From Macrostomum lignano (Eukaryota), in the NCBI GenBank assembly GCA_002269645.1, contig NIVC01003161.1, forward strand, positions 1-64,000: a stretch of 64,000 bases of DNA. Direction: 5' to 3'. Both the position numbers and the translations under genes were made by a program. This document shows, in pieces, positions 13,615 through 45,570 of the stretch (position 1 is the stretch's first letter; each line of letters begins with the position of its first letter). The notes beneath the pieces were generated by a model, which was not told the DNA's origin, did no database searches, and worked only from the letters and a program-made list of their open reading frames with translations.

Positions 13615-13875
13615 TGCCTACTCTACCCTCGTTTGCCTAGCTAATCTACCCTCGTTTGCCTACTCTACCCTCGTTTGCCTACTCTACCCTCGTTTGCCTA
13701 GCTAATCTACCCTCGTTTGCCTACTCTACCCTCGTTTGCCTACTCTACCCTCGTTTGCCTAGCTAATCTACCCTCGTTTGCCTACTCTACCCTCGTTTGC
13801 CTAGCTAATCTACCCTCGTTTGCCTACTCTACCCTCGTTTGCCTACTCTACCCTCGTTTGCCTACTCTACCCCTG
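13615..13875. repeat. Compound 19/23-bp minisatellite
   Basis: tactctaccctcgtttgcc alternating with tagctaatctaccctcgtttgcc. Confidence 0.9.
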
Positions 13876-14905
13876 TTTTCGGCTACTCAACCTTGTTGCC
13901 TACTTTATCCCAACTGAAAACTCTATGTCAGATGCCTATTCTACTCCCGCTGCCGACTCTACCCCCACGCCAGGCAAAGTAGTAGGCCCGTTGCCTACTC
14001 TACCCCAGCTGCCGACTCTAAGCCAGCAGCCTATATACTCTACTACCGCTGCCTAATCTACTATTTTATATCGCTGCTTAACACTACCTTCACTGCGAAT
14101 AAATAGATACACATGTATTTAAAGTAGACGGGTTCAAAATGAAAGGCACACAAAAAGCATTATAAGCCTGAAATTTGAATTCACGCCAAAACCAGTAGCT
14201 ATATATAACGAATGTCCGTGCTTGAAAATTAATTATATATTTGTTTTTTTTAAACCGGATGCCCCCACCGTAGCGTGGCAACTAAAAGACGCATTCGCTA
14301 TCAATTTTATGACAAAACTTTTCTGTTCGTTACTTTGGTTTAAAGCGAAAAGCCATTATAAGAATATAATAAAATACATTATTTCTTATTCGCAAAGTAC
14401 GAGCTAGCTAATTTCTTCCCAAAGGCAAGAAGCAACTGTTGATGGGAAAACTAGAAATAATATTAATAATAAAACAGCATTACGATCAATTGATAAAAAA
14501 AATTGCAAAGCGAATTTTATGCAAATGATAGCTAAAGTACTGACACCGTTTGATAAAACAAACTAAACGGTTTTGTTTTAATTTTAATCACGAATCGAAG
14601 TGAACCGCTTTAAAATCTTCTTAATAATACATTTTCTAAAAAAATGAGATTCTAGATAAACAAATAACTGATTTATTAATTTGTTTTGTATATAAAGTAA
14701 ATCAAAACAACAGCCAAATACGGGAACAGAATGGGTTGTATACATAAATATTCCTAAAACTGTTTTTACTTTAAATGTCCAATTCAGCGCTGCTTTGTTG
14801 TAAAAATATATCTAAATAAATCATAACGATATTTTATCGGACTTTACTTGTATGCATAAAAGTACATCATATCAAATTATATTCTAGTGAACAGCATATA
14901 CATGT

Positions 14906-14948
14906 CAAGGACGACTAGGAACACTTCGTTATAGTCTAGTAGTCCTTG
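14906..14948. mobile_element. 43-bp micro-MITE of the CAAGGAC family with 8-bp TSD
   Basis: CAAGGACGACTAG...CTAGTAGTCCTTG (12/13 inverted match), flanked by ATACATGT at 14898-14905 and 14949-14956. Confidence 0.85.
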
Positions 14949-16368
14949 ATACATGTACAGTGTGTATAGTACAATAAGTGTAAAATACTGGGTAATTTAG
15001 ATTCCCTAATATTATTATTAGCACGAAGTACGCTCGTAATATAATAATTACTTGGTTTCATATACATATTGTTTACTATTAAACATCATATCACAGTGCA
15101 GAAATTTTTAAGGATTCATAACATTACATAAAACAACAAATACAACTTTGCTGAAAAATTTAGGAAGTGCCACGAATAAGAGAAAACAAATGATTTGGAC
15201 ACATGAAAAATAATGATTTGCCATTTTCGAAAGAACTAAAACTAAAATTTTATTCAAAATTCAGCAACAAAAGTATCCAGGTCGATACAGCGAATTTTCA
15301 ACGCATCACAAAGCCGGAAATTCCGGTATCATAGATTTGTTATAAATAGCGAAATAAGCCTTGAACCAACAACAGACTGCGCACAAACAACGAGGCAATT
15401 AATACAACAATCTAGTACTGATGGGTAAAATCGCCCTCTCCGATTTTACTATTGACAAAATTAACTACACGAAATCCGAGTCCAACTTTTTCCGGCTTTT
15501 TTGGTGTCTCTTTTTGGTTCACACGGACATTTTCGACAACGAGAGAGAAGCCCATTTAAACATAGAATAAGTTTTTTTAAACGACACTAATTATTACACC
15601 GAGTAAAGTGGGTTTTCTCCAATATTAAAAAAATACGTACCTGGTGCTTAATAAACTGCCGTTGCTGTGCAGGTGAGGTGGCCGCGGCTTTGAGAAACGA
15701 AACACCAATCGCGAACACAATAAAAACCTCGATTTGAGCGAACAGAAGCAGAGCAGCGCGAAGCAAAAAAAATTAAATTGCTTTGCTTTTCTCTAGTTTT
15801 ATCCGACACCAAAAATTAGAAAATGATAGTGCATGGCTCGTATGAAACCCAAAAGTTTTATGGTACGTGATAGTTAGAAATAAGAAAGAAATTACCGAGT
15901 GTGCTCTCTAATGAAAGCGACGCGTTTTAGATTGACATTCATTTTGCCCCTCCATTTTGCTTAAAAAGGCATTCCCTACGTTTTTATCAACGGATTTGAC
16001 ACCTAAACTGTGCAAATTTTACCATAAAATAGGTTGGGTAACTACACCATTCAGAATGATCTTACTAAGTAAGCTCAAAATTATATAGTAAGGAAAATAT
16101 TGAAAGGTTAAAAATAATAAATAAATTTCTATGAAAATAGTGAAAGAATAAAACAAGAATCAGTTTCTGCTCGGCTAGAAAAGTCGTTAAATTTTTCGAA
16201 ACTTCTCCACACTTCGTATCGTATTGAGCAAATTAATAAAATCATTAAACAAATGGAACTAGTTGACCCCAACTAAAGTCTAAAGATCCCCATTACAAAT
16301 ATATGGCTCGATGGCTTTTTGTCCATAAATAGGTATATTTGTCGCAAAAATATATGGATAGAATTAAT

Positions 16369-34302
<17,934 letters not shown>

Positions 34303-36221
34303 TTGAGCTCGAAAAAGGAATACAATAATTAGACTGCGACTTTGCTGTCAGATGCATGCAGTAGGTTTTTTAATTTATTAGTCAGGAAAATTTTAAGTTT
34401 GAGTAAAATTTTTGTCAGCTGATTGCTTATGAATTAGCAAGGACTCTAGTGTTTCAAATAGATATTTGAAACACTAGAGTATAATTTTTGGAATAAAACA
34501 GTTGAAAATTAATTTGTTCACATAAAATATTGTGTATATTGATTGATTGATAAGAGGCATTGGGCTGAACTCTTAGTATATATCTTAAATATAGTTTTTG
34601 TGTATATATAATTTAACTGAAAGGATAAGCTAACAATATGTATATGCGTTAATTTTTTAGGAATCTTTTTTAAAATATTGTGAGAAATTTAGTCCTAAAA
34701 TATAATTTTATTACGAACCATAATCAATAATGTATATTTTATTTAAATACAAAATGCACTAGATTGCAGGGGAAAAATAAAGAATGTTTGGCAAAAAATG
34801 AATGACAGAATAAAATTAAACTGGCTATTTAAATTTTTAGAAATTTTATCTACAGGCAAAACTATAGTTAAATAAATGATTATAATGTAAAATTTGTAAA
34901 ATTATTGCTTTTCTTGGCCTTCATTTTAAAAAAGTCAAAATCAGATAGTCTAATAGAAAGGTGTAATTATATCATTTCTCCTTTTATATAGCTTGGCCCG
35001 ATTTCTAAGTTTTGAATACAATAATTAACACCACCATCCACCAATTAACTCATTAACACTCTTGTCAGGACTGGTTTCTTTCATAATATAGTATTTCCAA
35101 TATACATTTGTATTATACAGTGATTTTATACTATAAAAATGAACCTGACGAGGGAGGAGTTTTGTAAGATTATGCTATTTTTTCGTTTTTTTAACCTACT
35201 GTACGCTCGTAGACGGAACATGCGGCACATGCAAATTCATTTCTAAGGACAAATTACAAGTTAAAAATGTAACATTTCTGGGCTACATAGCCGCCAAACA
35301 AATTTAAAAATAACTGTTTTAAAGTTTATTAAAAAACCGTTTTAAAAAAAGTTCTATAAATAAGGTTTAACTTCGATGGTATTTTAAAGCAACATTTTTT
35401 TCTAGGGCAAAACCGTTTTGTTTTATCTTAAAGTGAGCACGAAAAATGAAATAAGATTTTACGCGACTATTTTTACTACCGCGGCTCGTTACATTCTGAT
35501 TATGTAATTACAACAGTAGGCTTCCTAGCAGTAGTATGCACGTATGATCACGCATTAGTTAGTCCAGTGTACCTGTTTTAAACTACGGACTTACATGTAA
35601 ATAGAATTATTATTCACTTCATTTTCTATTTCTTACCCACGGTTATTTCATAAAAATCTCAGAAAAGGCTAATTGAAAACTTGTTCTTCTGGCCTTCACG
35701 GATGCAAATATAAAATTCACGTTTGCAGTCAGTCAGTCAGTTTTTAGGAGAGCAGATTCTGCAGCAATTGAATTTTTCACTTTGTTAATGCAAATTATGG
35801 ACAATTTCAAAAGCCTTTTATGATAAATGATTATGGGAAACTTGGAGACTTTCATCGATTGTTTTTTATTTAAATTTACCTATTTCATCTCAGGACTGAT
35901 AACTTACCTAACAAAAAAATCACTGTGCAATGCAATTTTTATGCATAAAATACACTGTACACAGTGTAAAGTGTATGGAATACACGTGCAAAATTTACAA
36001 ACAGATAACAATGTAGAGCTTCTCGACGAATTTTTCTATGAAGGCTTCTAAAATCTGTCAAAAGGGAAAATTAGCCATAAGTATTTAAGTCTTACTCATT
36101 GTATTTTACGATCGTATCGAAAGATAATTTACAAGAAGTATTTCCTTTGAAACGATAGTACGATTAATTGCTATAAAATTAATGCTAATAGTTTTTACGT
36201 CATAATCCAGCTAATTGACTG

Positions 36222-37325
36222 CTAAAAAGTATCGTCAATCCATGATGCCTCACACTCAGTAACAGTGGCCTGACCAATAGCAGTACTGTTGGCATCCATA
36301 ATTTCTTTACGCCTCAATGCAGCGGATCTAGAAGCGGTAAAAATTAAATCGCGATTCGCAAAGCGTCGCGACAGGCTATAACCGGTGTAGTCATGGAAAC
36401 GAACCCGGTGGCAATAGAGCGAATTAGACAAAGACGCAGACTGAGAAGACCCGGCTGCTCGAGGATCGCCTAGTCCGCAGCCCCGAAGCAGTTCGCATAG
36501 TCGCCAAGGCTTCAAACGCCGTCGTTTTCTTGACTTGCCGGTCCCCTTGTCCATTTCGGCTCCTGAGGAGCTGTCCTCCCTCAGGTCGTTGGTGCTATCG
36601 CATCTGCTACTGCTGCTACTGCTTCTGCTGCTACTCTTCCCTCGGTAGGCTTTGTTTCCACACGTACTTTCGACTACGGGCGTTTTTATACGCAATCTTG
36701 ATCGCCTTGGTGAGTGTCTACTATCTACTTCTGTCGTCTTGGTAGTGCGCGTCTTCGTAGAGTAGGCAGTACTGGCTGCAGGTCGGTCCTGGGGTCTCTC
36801 GCGCGACTTAAGTCGAGTTGGGTAGCGATGGCATAGGCTGGCGTACTCTAGCTGCGTTGAGACTCTCTACGCGTGGTTCGGTATGAGAACAGAATTTTTT
36901 TACATTTGAAACAATAAGCCAAGCGAAAAACTTTCCGTTGTTAGTTTTCCGAACTAAAATAACTTTTTTCTAAATGGAAACCTCATTAAAACAAACATAC
37001 ATGCACATACGCTCGCATCAAACCGTAAAAAATAAGTTTTAGCGTCCTTGGACAAAACGCATAGATTCTCTGTTGTTTTGTGATTCATAAAGCCGGATAG
37101 ATGTACGTCGTATTAGGAATAATGCGATTGCAGCTCAATGGCTGTAACCATTACATGTATATACAATAAATAAAACAAACATATTTCTTACATGCAGCGT
37201 GTAGGTTGGCAAAAGTGGAGGGAGTCTAACGTCAGTAAACCTGACATTGGGAGACCGAATCTCCGACATGACGTCGACTTACTGGACTAGTTTCTTTCAA
37301 ACTCCTAAAGCTGAGTATTTTCTGC
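36222..37325 (-). CDS. Two phase-compatible exons encoding a Ser/Arg-rich C-terminus; either the tail of the EGF/TSP1 gene or a separate 2-exon gene from ATG 37333
   Basis: Exon 37283-37325 has a strong GTAAGT donor. It joins in phase 0 to a 630-nt open exon 36222-36851 (acceptor caacgcag) ending WIDDTF*. Confidence 0.5.
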
Positions 37326-37691
37326 CTATCCATATAAATAAATTGGGGATGAAATGAACCACAGCTCAAGGCGACTGCCACAGTTTCGGGATAGGCAGAG
37401 ACGCAGCACTCATTCATTCATCAAGTTCCATCGCGCAGTTTGCGGAGACGTATTGTTACACTATGCGCGGGAAAAGGAAGTTGAGATGCTCTGCTCTTCT
37501 CTTGCTTTTCTTTCTTCTGCTGCAATGCAAATTCTGCATTGAGTCTGCTGTCTGAAATTTGGCAGGTCTGCGAGTGGCAGTCAATGGCAACCTTTGAGAG
37601 GGCTGTGCGATGGAGCTTTTCTCTGGCCAACATATGGGCCATTTAGGTCAGTGAAATACCGTTACTCAAAAAGCAATGTGCCGCCTAAAGG

Positions 37692-38278
<587 letters not shown>

Positions 38279-38702
38279 TGTGTAATGTATTAAATAATCG
38301 ATTTAATAGTCACTGATAATAGAGTAAATTCATTAAGTATAGAATTATTTCCTAACCGCAGGAATAATGATTTAACAGATTTGTTTTGAAATGTAGGATT
38401 TTAACAGCTATACTTCATAGTGTAATAAATTTTTTAGCTGCAGGTCGCGTGGTCATAGGCAGTGGTCGATCTTGTACCAAATTGAATGAGTTAGTTTGTG
38501 CTATGAGTGCAACAAGTAAAGAAACATATTTCTAGTAAAGAACAAAAAACCCTAGCAAAAACGGATCATGGAATTGAATTTTTCGTTAACAACGGAATTG
38601 AGGATGTAAGGACAAAATATTTCATTGAACAACTCAAGAGCTTGCGGTACAGATGTTCACGGATTCAACCAGAACAAACTGGAACGCACCAAGCACTAGC
38701 GC

Positions 38703-41700
38703 TCATCCCTGCTGATAAACGGACTCGAATGGCGGCCGCGGTCCGATATTGTAACCCCGATACCGGCAAAACAAAAACGTGGCTCCAACGCTCACGGCAG
38801 CCAGAACGCAGGCCAAAGTAGCCGACGAAAGCAGGAAATGCCCCCTCAGCCGGAAGCTCTTCGACACTGGCTGGTCGCCGCCGAGCCAACACGCAGCCGG
38901 ATCGCAATTCGTCCATCGCTGCGCTTCGCCAACGCAGAAGTCGTGCGGCGTAACGTTGCCCAGCACGCGTTTGTTGATGCAGCTGCGCAGCGAAATGGAA
39001 CGCCTGTTGCCGTTGGCGTTGCCGCACTCCGGCCGGCAGCGGTCCCACTGCGACCAGGGACTCCAAATGCCAGTCCATTGTGCGCAAGTTGGCCCGCTGT
39101 AGCCAGAGTTACATTTGCAACGACCTGAATAGCAAGCAGGCGTGGAAATGCACATATTTCCACCTAATGACCACCTAATGACCAGACACATCTAATGACC
39201 ACAGAGACACAGGCACCGAGTGCAAAGACACAGCTAATGACCGCAGAGACACAGGCACCGAGTGCAAAGACACACCTAATGACCGCAGAGACACAGACAC
39301 CGAGTGCAAAGACACACCTAATGACCACAGAGACACAGACACCGAGTGCAAAGACACACCTAATGACCACAGAGACACAGGCACCGAGTGCAAAGACACA
39401 GCTAATGACTGCAGAGACACAGGCACCGAGTGCAAAGACACACCTAATGACCGCAGAGACACAGGCACCGAGTGCAAAGACACACCTAATGACCACAGAG
39501 ACACAGGCACCGAGTGCAAAGACACAGCTAATGACCAGAGAGACACAGACACCGAGTACAAAGACACACCTAATGACCACAGAGACACAGACACCGAGTG
39601 CAAAGACACAGCTAATGACCACAGAGACACAGGCACCGAGTGCAAAGACACACCTAATGACCACAGAGACACAGGCACCGAGTGCAAAGACACAGCTAAT
39701 GACCGCAGAGACACAGGCACCGAGTGCAAAGACACACCTAATGACCACAGAGACACAGGCACCGAGTGCAAAGACACAGCTAATGACCGCAGAGACACAG
39801 GCACCGAGTGCAAAGACACAGCTAATGACCGCAGAGACACAGGCACCGAGTGCAAAGACACAGCTAATGACCACAGAGACACAGGCACCGAGTGCAAAGA
39901 CACACCTAATGACCACAGAGACACAGGCACCGAGTGCAAAGACACACCTAATGACCACAGAGACACAGGCACCGAGTGCAAAGACACACCTAATGACCAC
40001 AGAGACACAGGCACCGAGTGCAAAGACACACCTAATGACCACAGAGACACAGGCACCGAGTGCAAAGACACATCTAATGACCACAGAGATACAGGCCCCA
40101 AATGCAAAGACACATCTAATGACAACAGAGACACAGGCACCGAACACACATGAGCTCACCATAGAGACACTTCTATCAAGTCATTCATAAGTCAGAACTT
40201 TGCCTTCTACCCTAATAAACATAAAAAAACGCAATGAACTTGCTTAAATTTCCAATTTTCGACGAAATGAAATATCCATTGATGCAGTTCATTGACAGGC
40301 ACACGTTCCTATAGGCAGCGCAGTTATCGTAGGCTAGAGCTAGGTCCCGAGCTCGTTGAAACGAGCAGACGCACTCCCAATTGGGGATCGAGTTACTCAT
40401 TTTGCTCCTACGACAAGTTCCCAGGTCTGAAACATCAAGGAATGGATGAAAGCTTTCAGAAGAGATAGAATTCATGTCTCACTAGGATTCATAGTCAGAT
40501 AGGATTCGCGTCAGATCGTGCTTCTTCATGTACCGATGGAAGTTGTGTCAGCTTCTTCATGTACCGATGGAAGTTGTGTCAGCTTCTTCATGTACCGATG
40601 GAAGTTGCGTCAGCTTCTTCATGTACCGATGGAAGTTGTGTCAGCTTCTTCATGTACCGATGGAAGTTGTGTCCGCTTCTTCATGTACCGATGGAAGTTG
40701 TGTCCGCTTCTTCATGTACCGATGGAAGTTGTGTCAGCTTCTTCATGTACCGATGGAAGTTGCGTCAGCTTCTTCATGTACCGATGGAAGTTGTGTCCGC
40801 TTCTTCATGTACCGATGGAAGTTGTGTCAGCTTCTTCATGTACCGATGGAAGTTGTGTCAGCTTCTTCATGTACCGATGGAAGTTGTGTCCGCTTCTTCA
40901 TGTACCGATGGAAGTTGTGTCCGCTTCTTCATGTACCGATGGAAGTTGTGTCCGCTTCTTCATGTACCGATGGAAGTTGTGTCAGCTTCTTCATGTACCG
41001 ATGGAAGTTGTGTCCGCTTCTTCATGTACTGATGAATTGTGTCAGCTTCTTCATGTACCGATGGAAGTTGTGTCCGCTTCTTCATGTACCGATGGAAGTT
41101 GTGTCAGCTTCTTCATGTACTGATGATATTTGTGTCAGCTTCTTCATGTACCGATGGAAGTTGTGTCCGCTTCTTCATGTACTGATGATATTTGTGTCAG
41201 CTTCTTCATGTACTGATGGAAGTTGTGTCAGCTTCTTCATGTACTGATGATATTTGTGTCAGCTTCTTCATGTACCCTTCATGTACCGATGGAAGTTGTG
41301 TCAGCTTCTTCATGTACTGATGATATTTGTGTCAGCTTCTTCATGTACCGATGGAAGTTGTGTCAGCTTCTTCATGTACCGATGGAAGTTGTATCAGCTT
41401 CTTCATGTACCGATGAAAGTTGTGTCCGTTTATTTATGTCCCGATGGTCACATCACGTGCATCAAAGCCTAATAAAATCTGGCAAAGCAAATTTCACACG
41501 CACTTACCATCATACGTGGCGCATGCGAAGTTCCCTGACACCCTGTGCAACGGATGCCGATCGGTGCACGGATCCGCCTGGCAAAGCAAATTTCACACGC
41601 ACTTACCATCATACGATGCTGACACCCTGTGCAACGGATGCCGATCGGTGCACGGATCCGCCAGACGTTCTTAGCCTTCTTTACAGACGCAGATCGTCTC

Positions 41701-41949
41701 GGTTTCTCCTTCCGCCTCCGTGCCGTTCTTTCCAACTTTGGTCAGGCGACTCTCGCAGTACAGTGTGTATCGTGGCGAACAGGGATACTCAGAGGAGTCG
41801 CGCGGCCGGTTGCACAGCAGCTGGGGAACGCAATCGTGAGTGCTTCTCGACCAGTAGTGACCAGCCTTGCATACGCACTCGTATGAATCGGCCCACAAGC
41901 CTGACTGGCTGATTGTGCATCTGCTCGGGTGCAAGGTGGGATAAAGTGG

Positions 41950-42041
<92 letters not shown>

Positions 42042-45000
42042 TAGACAGACAGACAGATATACACTAAGACAGACAGACAGACAGTATGGCATAATTAGTC
42101 TCACTGTCCATTCTCGGAGTTCTTCACCCGCTTGCAGCGGGCATTGGCGCAAGGATCGGGGCAGAAGGCCTCCAAAAACCAACTGAACATGAGCGGCACA
42201 ATTTCGTCAGAAGCGTTAAACTTATTGGCCAACGAAGACAACCGGTGGGCCCAGTGGCAGGAGATAAAGCAGATGTGACCATTGTAAAATAGGTCCGATC
42301 GCAATTTACTGTCCGTCGGTACCCTTCTCGAGTAGATGTTGTGCCGAAAATAGTGCAGCAGTGAAGCTTTAAGCTGATCCTTCGGATGAAATCTGTGTTG
42401 TAAGAGGCGATAGAAAAAAGTAAAATTTCATACACTTTGACGCGTGTTACGTTTTCAGACTTTTGCATCGATAAACATCCGGTTCGAGTAAACAAGTAGA
42501 ACAGATATCCAATTAGATCCACTCTCCACTCTCGGATAGAGCAAACATCCGGTTAGAGCAAACATCCGGTTAGAGCAAACATCCAATTAGAGCAAACATC
42601 CGATTAGAGCAAACATCCGGTTAGAGCAAACATCCAATTAGAGCAAACATCCGATTAGAGCAAACATCCGGTTAGAGCAGATATCCAATTAGAGCAAACA
42701 TCTGGTTAGAGCAAACATCCAATTAGAGCAAACATCCGGTTAGAGCAGACATCCGGTTAGAGCAAACATCCAATTAGAGCAAACATCCGATTAAAGCAAA
42801 CATCCGGTTAGAGCAAACATCCGGTTAGAGCAAGCATCCGGTTAGAGCAAGCATCCGGTTAGAGCAAACATCCGATTAGAGCAAACATCCGGTTAGAGCA
42901 AACATCCGGTTAGAGCAAACATCCGGTTAGAGCAAACATCCGGTTAGAGCAAACATCCGGTTAGAGCAAACATCCGGTTAGAGCAAACATCCGATTAGAG
43001 CAAACATCCGGTTAGAGCAAACATCCAATTAGAGCAAACATCCGAGTAGAGCAAACATCCGGTTAGAGCAAACATCCAATTAGAGCAAACATCCGATTAG
43101 AGCAAACATCCGGTTAGAGCAGATATCCAATTAGAGCAAACATCCGGTTAGAGCAAACATCCGGTTAGACCAAACATCCGGTTAGAGCAAACATCCGGTT
43201 AGAGCAAACATCCGATTAGAGCAAACATCCGGTTAGAGCAAGCATCCGGTTAGAGCAAACATCCGGTTAAAGCAAGCATCCGGTTAGAGCAAACATCCGG
43301 TTAAAGCAAACATCTGGTTAGAGCAAACAAACCAAGTAAACAAAATATATAGGCACAAATGCAAAACTACTCACTGCGTCATCATATAGGAAGTCCAGTT
43401 AAGCTTGAACTGGATTGGATCCCGTCTAACGGTGACTTCACCGCCCCAACTTTTTAGGAAATCTTCCGCTAAATTGGCTAGCACGTTGAGTATGTAGTCA
43501 GGTATGTCGGGTTCCATTGAGCTTTTAACGAAATTCTGCACCACTTTGGTAATGCTCTTTCTGTAACTAAGCTGAGTGACCCGGATGGTTTCACGAGTGT
43601 AATTGCAAGCCCGATTAGTGATTTCCATGTACGGGTTTTGACGCAAATCTGGTAGATAGCATGCTCTGTTTACATCCAGCAGTTTCGTTACGCTGATATT
43701 TAATAGATCATAGAAGCGACCCATCTGGCTCATGTCCAGCTTGTACGGTCGCAAATTGGCGCTGACAAACTCCGGAGTGAAGCCCCCATATTGACTGGTT
43801 GGACAGGCGAATGACAGGTAGGCTGGCGGGATGCCACCCACCGGCTTTTGGCTCACTCGGCGATAAGCTTGGATGTCGAAAATTTTTAGAGGCTTGGTCG
43901 ACCTGAAAGCGGTTGGAATTAGGCGAATGAGGTTTGTTTTGTACTTTAGTCTTTAACTACTGCCATTTTTGTCACACCGCTGACGTTGCTTGTTGTGATA
44001 GACTCCGTTCTGTCCCACGTTCAATTAAGCGCGAGGGGCGCAGCCTTCCTTTTAAATAACCTTCTGCCCTACTAGCGCTCAGTAACTACAGTTTGTTCTT
44101 GTGCATGCGTGGTTGGTTGCAGAAATTTTCGATTCTACGTTCGCCTGGCATAACACATTAATGTCGATAAAAGCTTTACAAGACTCAGTCAGTGGAATCT
44201 TTTAGTGCTATATTTGAGCTCTAACGTATCTTCGGCCAAACGACGTCAAAGAAAATCAGCGTTGCAAACTATTAATTTAAAACAAATTTTACTCTCACCG
44301 AATTGCCAGAAAGAGCGCGTGCTGCGATCTGCAAGCTTGATTCAGCATGATTTCTTCCATTCCAATTGTAGTTCTGGTCAACAGGTTGGAAAACCTGCCG
44401 CAGACTGTCCAGTACTTCCAGGATATTAACTTATTGTACCAATCGACCTTTTTGTTCGCTGATTTGAATTGGTACCGCCTGCCAGAAGCTGAGGTAAACA
44501 GTGAGTCAGGTGTGCTTGTCATATCCGCCGCGGCTAACAGCTCAGCGCCTTCCAAGCCCTTCAAACCAAAGTCAGATTTTTCCAAGGTTTGTGGTTGTAC
44601 CAAAGCTTGCAGCTGGTCGTTTTTTCAGTAATCACCGTCTGCAGCTTCTTCGACTTCTCAGAAGAACGAAACGTCCTCGGATCGACGCTTTTGCCAACAA
44701 TGCACATGAATCCTTTGTTAAAGTAGCGACCGACTATCATAGTGAGCGTTCCTATTAGGTAGAGGTCAGATTTGGCGTAATCCTGGCATACAACGGAATC
44801 GTTAACCGACAATACCTGCCAGTCAAGAAGATAAACTGTAGAAACTCTAGTCTTTTTGCTGTAGTTGATTCGATCAAAATCTTTACGTTTCATGTCCCGC
44901 AATAAGGTTGGACTGATTGAACGAACGGAACGTGAGTGACTAGAGCTTGGTAGGGTAGTTCAATTATTATCCAATGGTAGCCTGCATCCACGGCCGAATA

Positions 45001-45570
45001 CTTTTTCTCGTGCGATGCGTAAGTATTGACGTCATCGTCCACGGCCATCTGCGGCCCGTACTGTAATAGCGACTCATCCGAGACGCTTGACATCCAGGCG
45101 CGTGTATTTAACAGAGGTACCTCCTCGTACTGGATGCCCGCATGGTCAATCTTTCGTTGATCTATTTTCTGTCGACAGGCTAGCGAGATGCAGGCCCGGG
45201 CAGTGTAGCCCATAGTGCTGCAACCCGAGCCATAGGCTATACGCTGAGGAGACGGCAACTCCTCGTACAGTAAATAGCACTTATGACAAACGCACTGGTT
45301 AGGATCGGACAGCGACAGAAAGTGCACGCTGACGCACCTCTTGTCGTAGGCGCACCAATTTAAGCGGTCTTGCAAGAATATACTATTGCAGTAGTGCTTG
45401 CCGGCTTTTGAGAGTCGTGTTTTCGTAAACGGCGTCTCCTGGCCTAGTCCGGGCATGCACGATAGCTGAATTAAGTCGCTGTGATCGCATGTGAAGATAT
45501 TGTTAGTTGTCTGTTTCGCTTGCAATAAAATAAGTGATTGTGCCGCTAAAAATGACCACAGTAAGAACAT
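38703..45570 (-). CDS. Type I membrane protein: signal peptide, Cys-rich and possible F5/8-like region, EGF-like repeats, TSP1, TM; contains frameshifts and a premature stop as assembled
   Basis: Exons 44299-45570 (two frameshifts), 43375-43902, 42105-42392, 41607-41920 (TAA at 41671), 40244-40426, 38703-39124; junction phases are consistent. SP MFLLWSFLAAQSLILL; EGF motifs YECVCKAGHYW, WECVCSF, CKCNSGYSGPTC; TSP1 WSPWSQWDRCRPEC; TM FLLSSATLACVLAAVSVGATFLFC. Confidence 0.8.
39165..40140. repeat. 42-bp intronic minisatellite
   Basis: Unit cacctaatgaccacagagacacaggcaccgagtgcaaagaca, about 23 copies. Confidence 0.95.
40518..41425. repeat. 31-bp intronic minisatellite
   Basis: Unit cttcttcatgtaccgatggaagttgtgtc(a/c)g. 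Confidence 0.95.
41952..42083. repeat. (CAGA)n intronic microsatellite
   Basis: Direct reading. Confidence 0.95.
42535..43327. repeat. 17-bp intronic minisatellite
   Basis: Unit tagagcaaacatcc(gg/aa/ga)t, about 46 copies. Confidence 0.95.

Noticed and set aside
39195-40190. 331-aa mucin-like TTETQAPSAKTHLM ORF
   Set aside because: Antisense reading of a 42-bp intronic minisatellite; no signal peptide or splice support.
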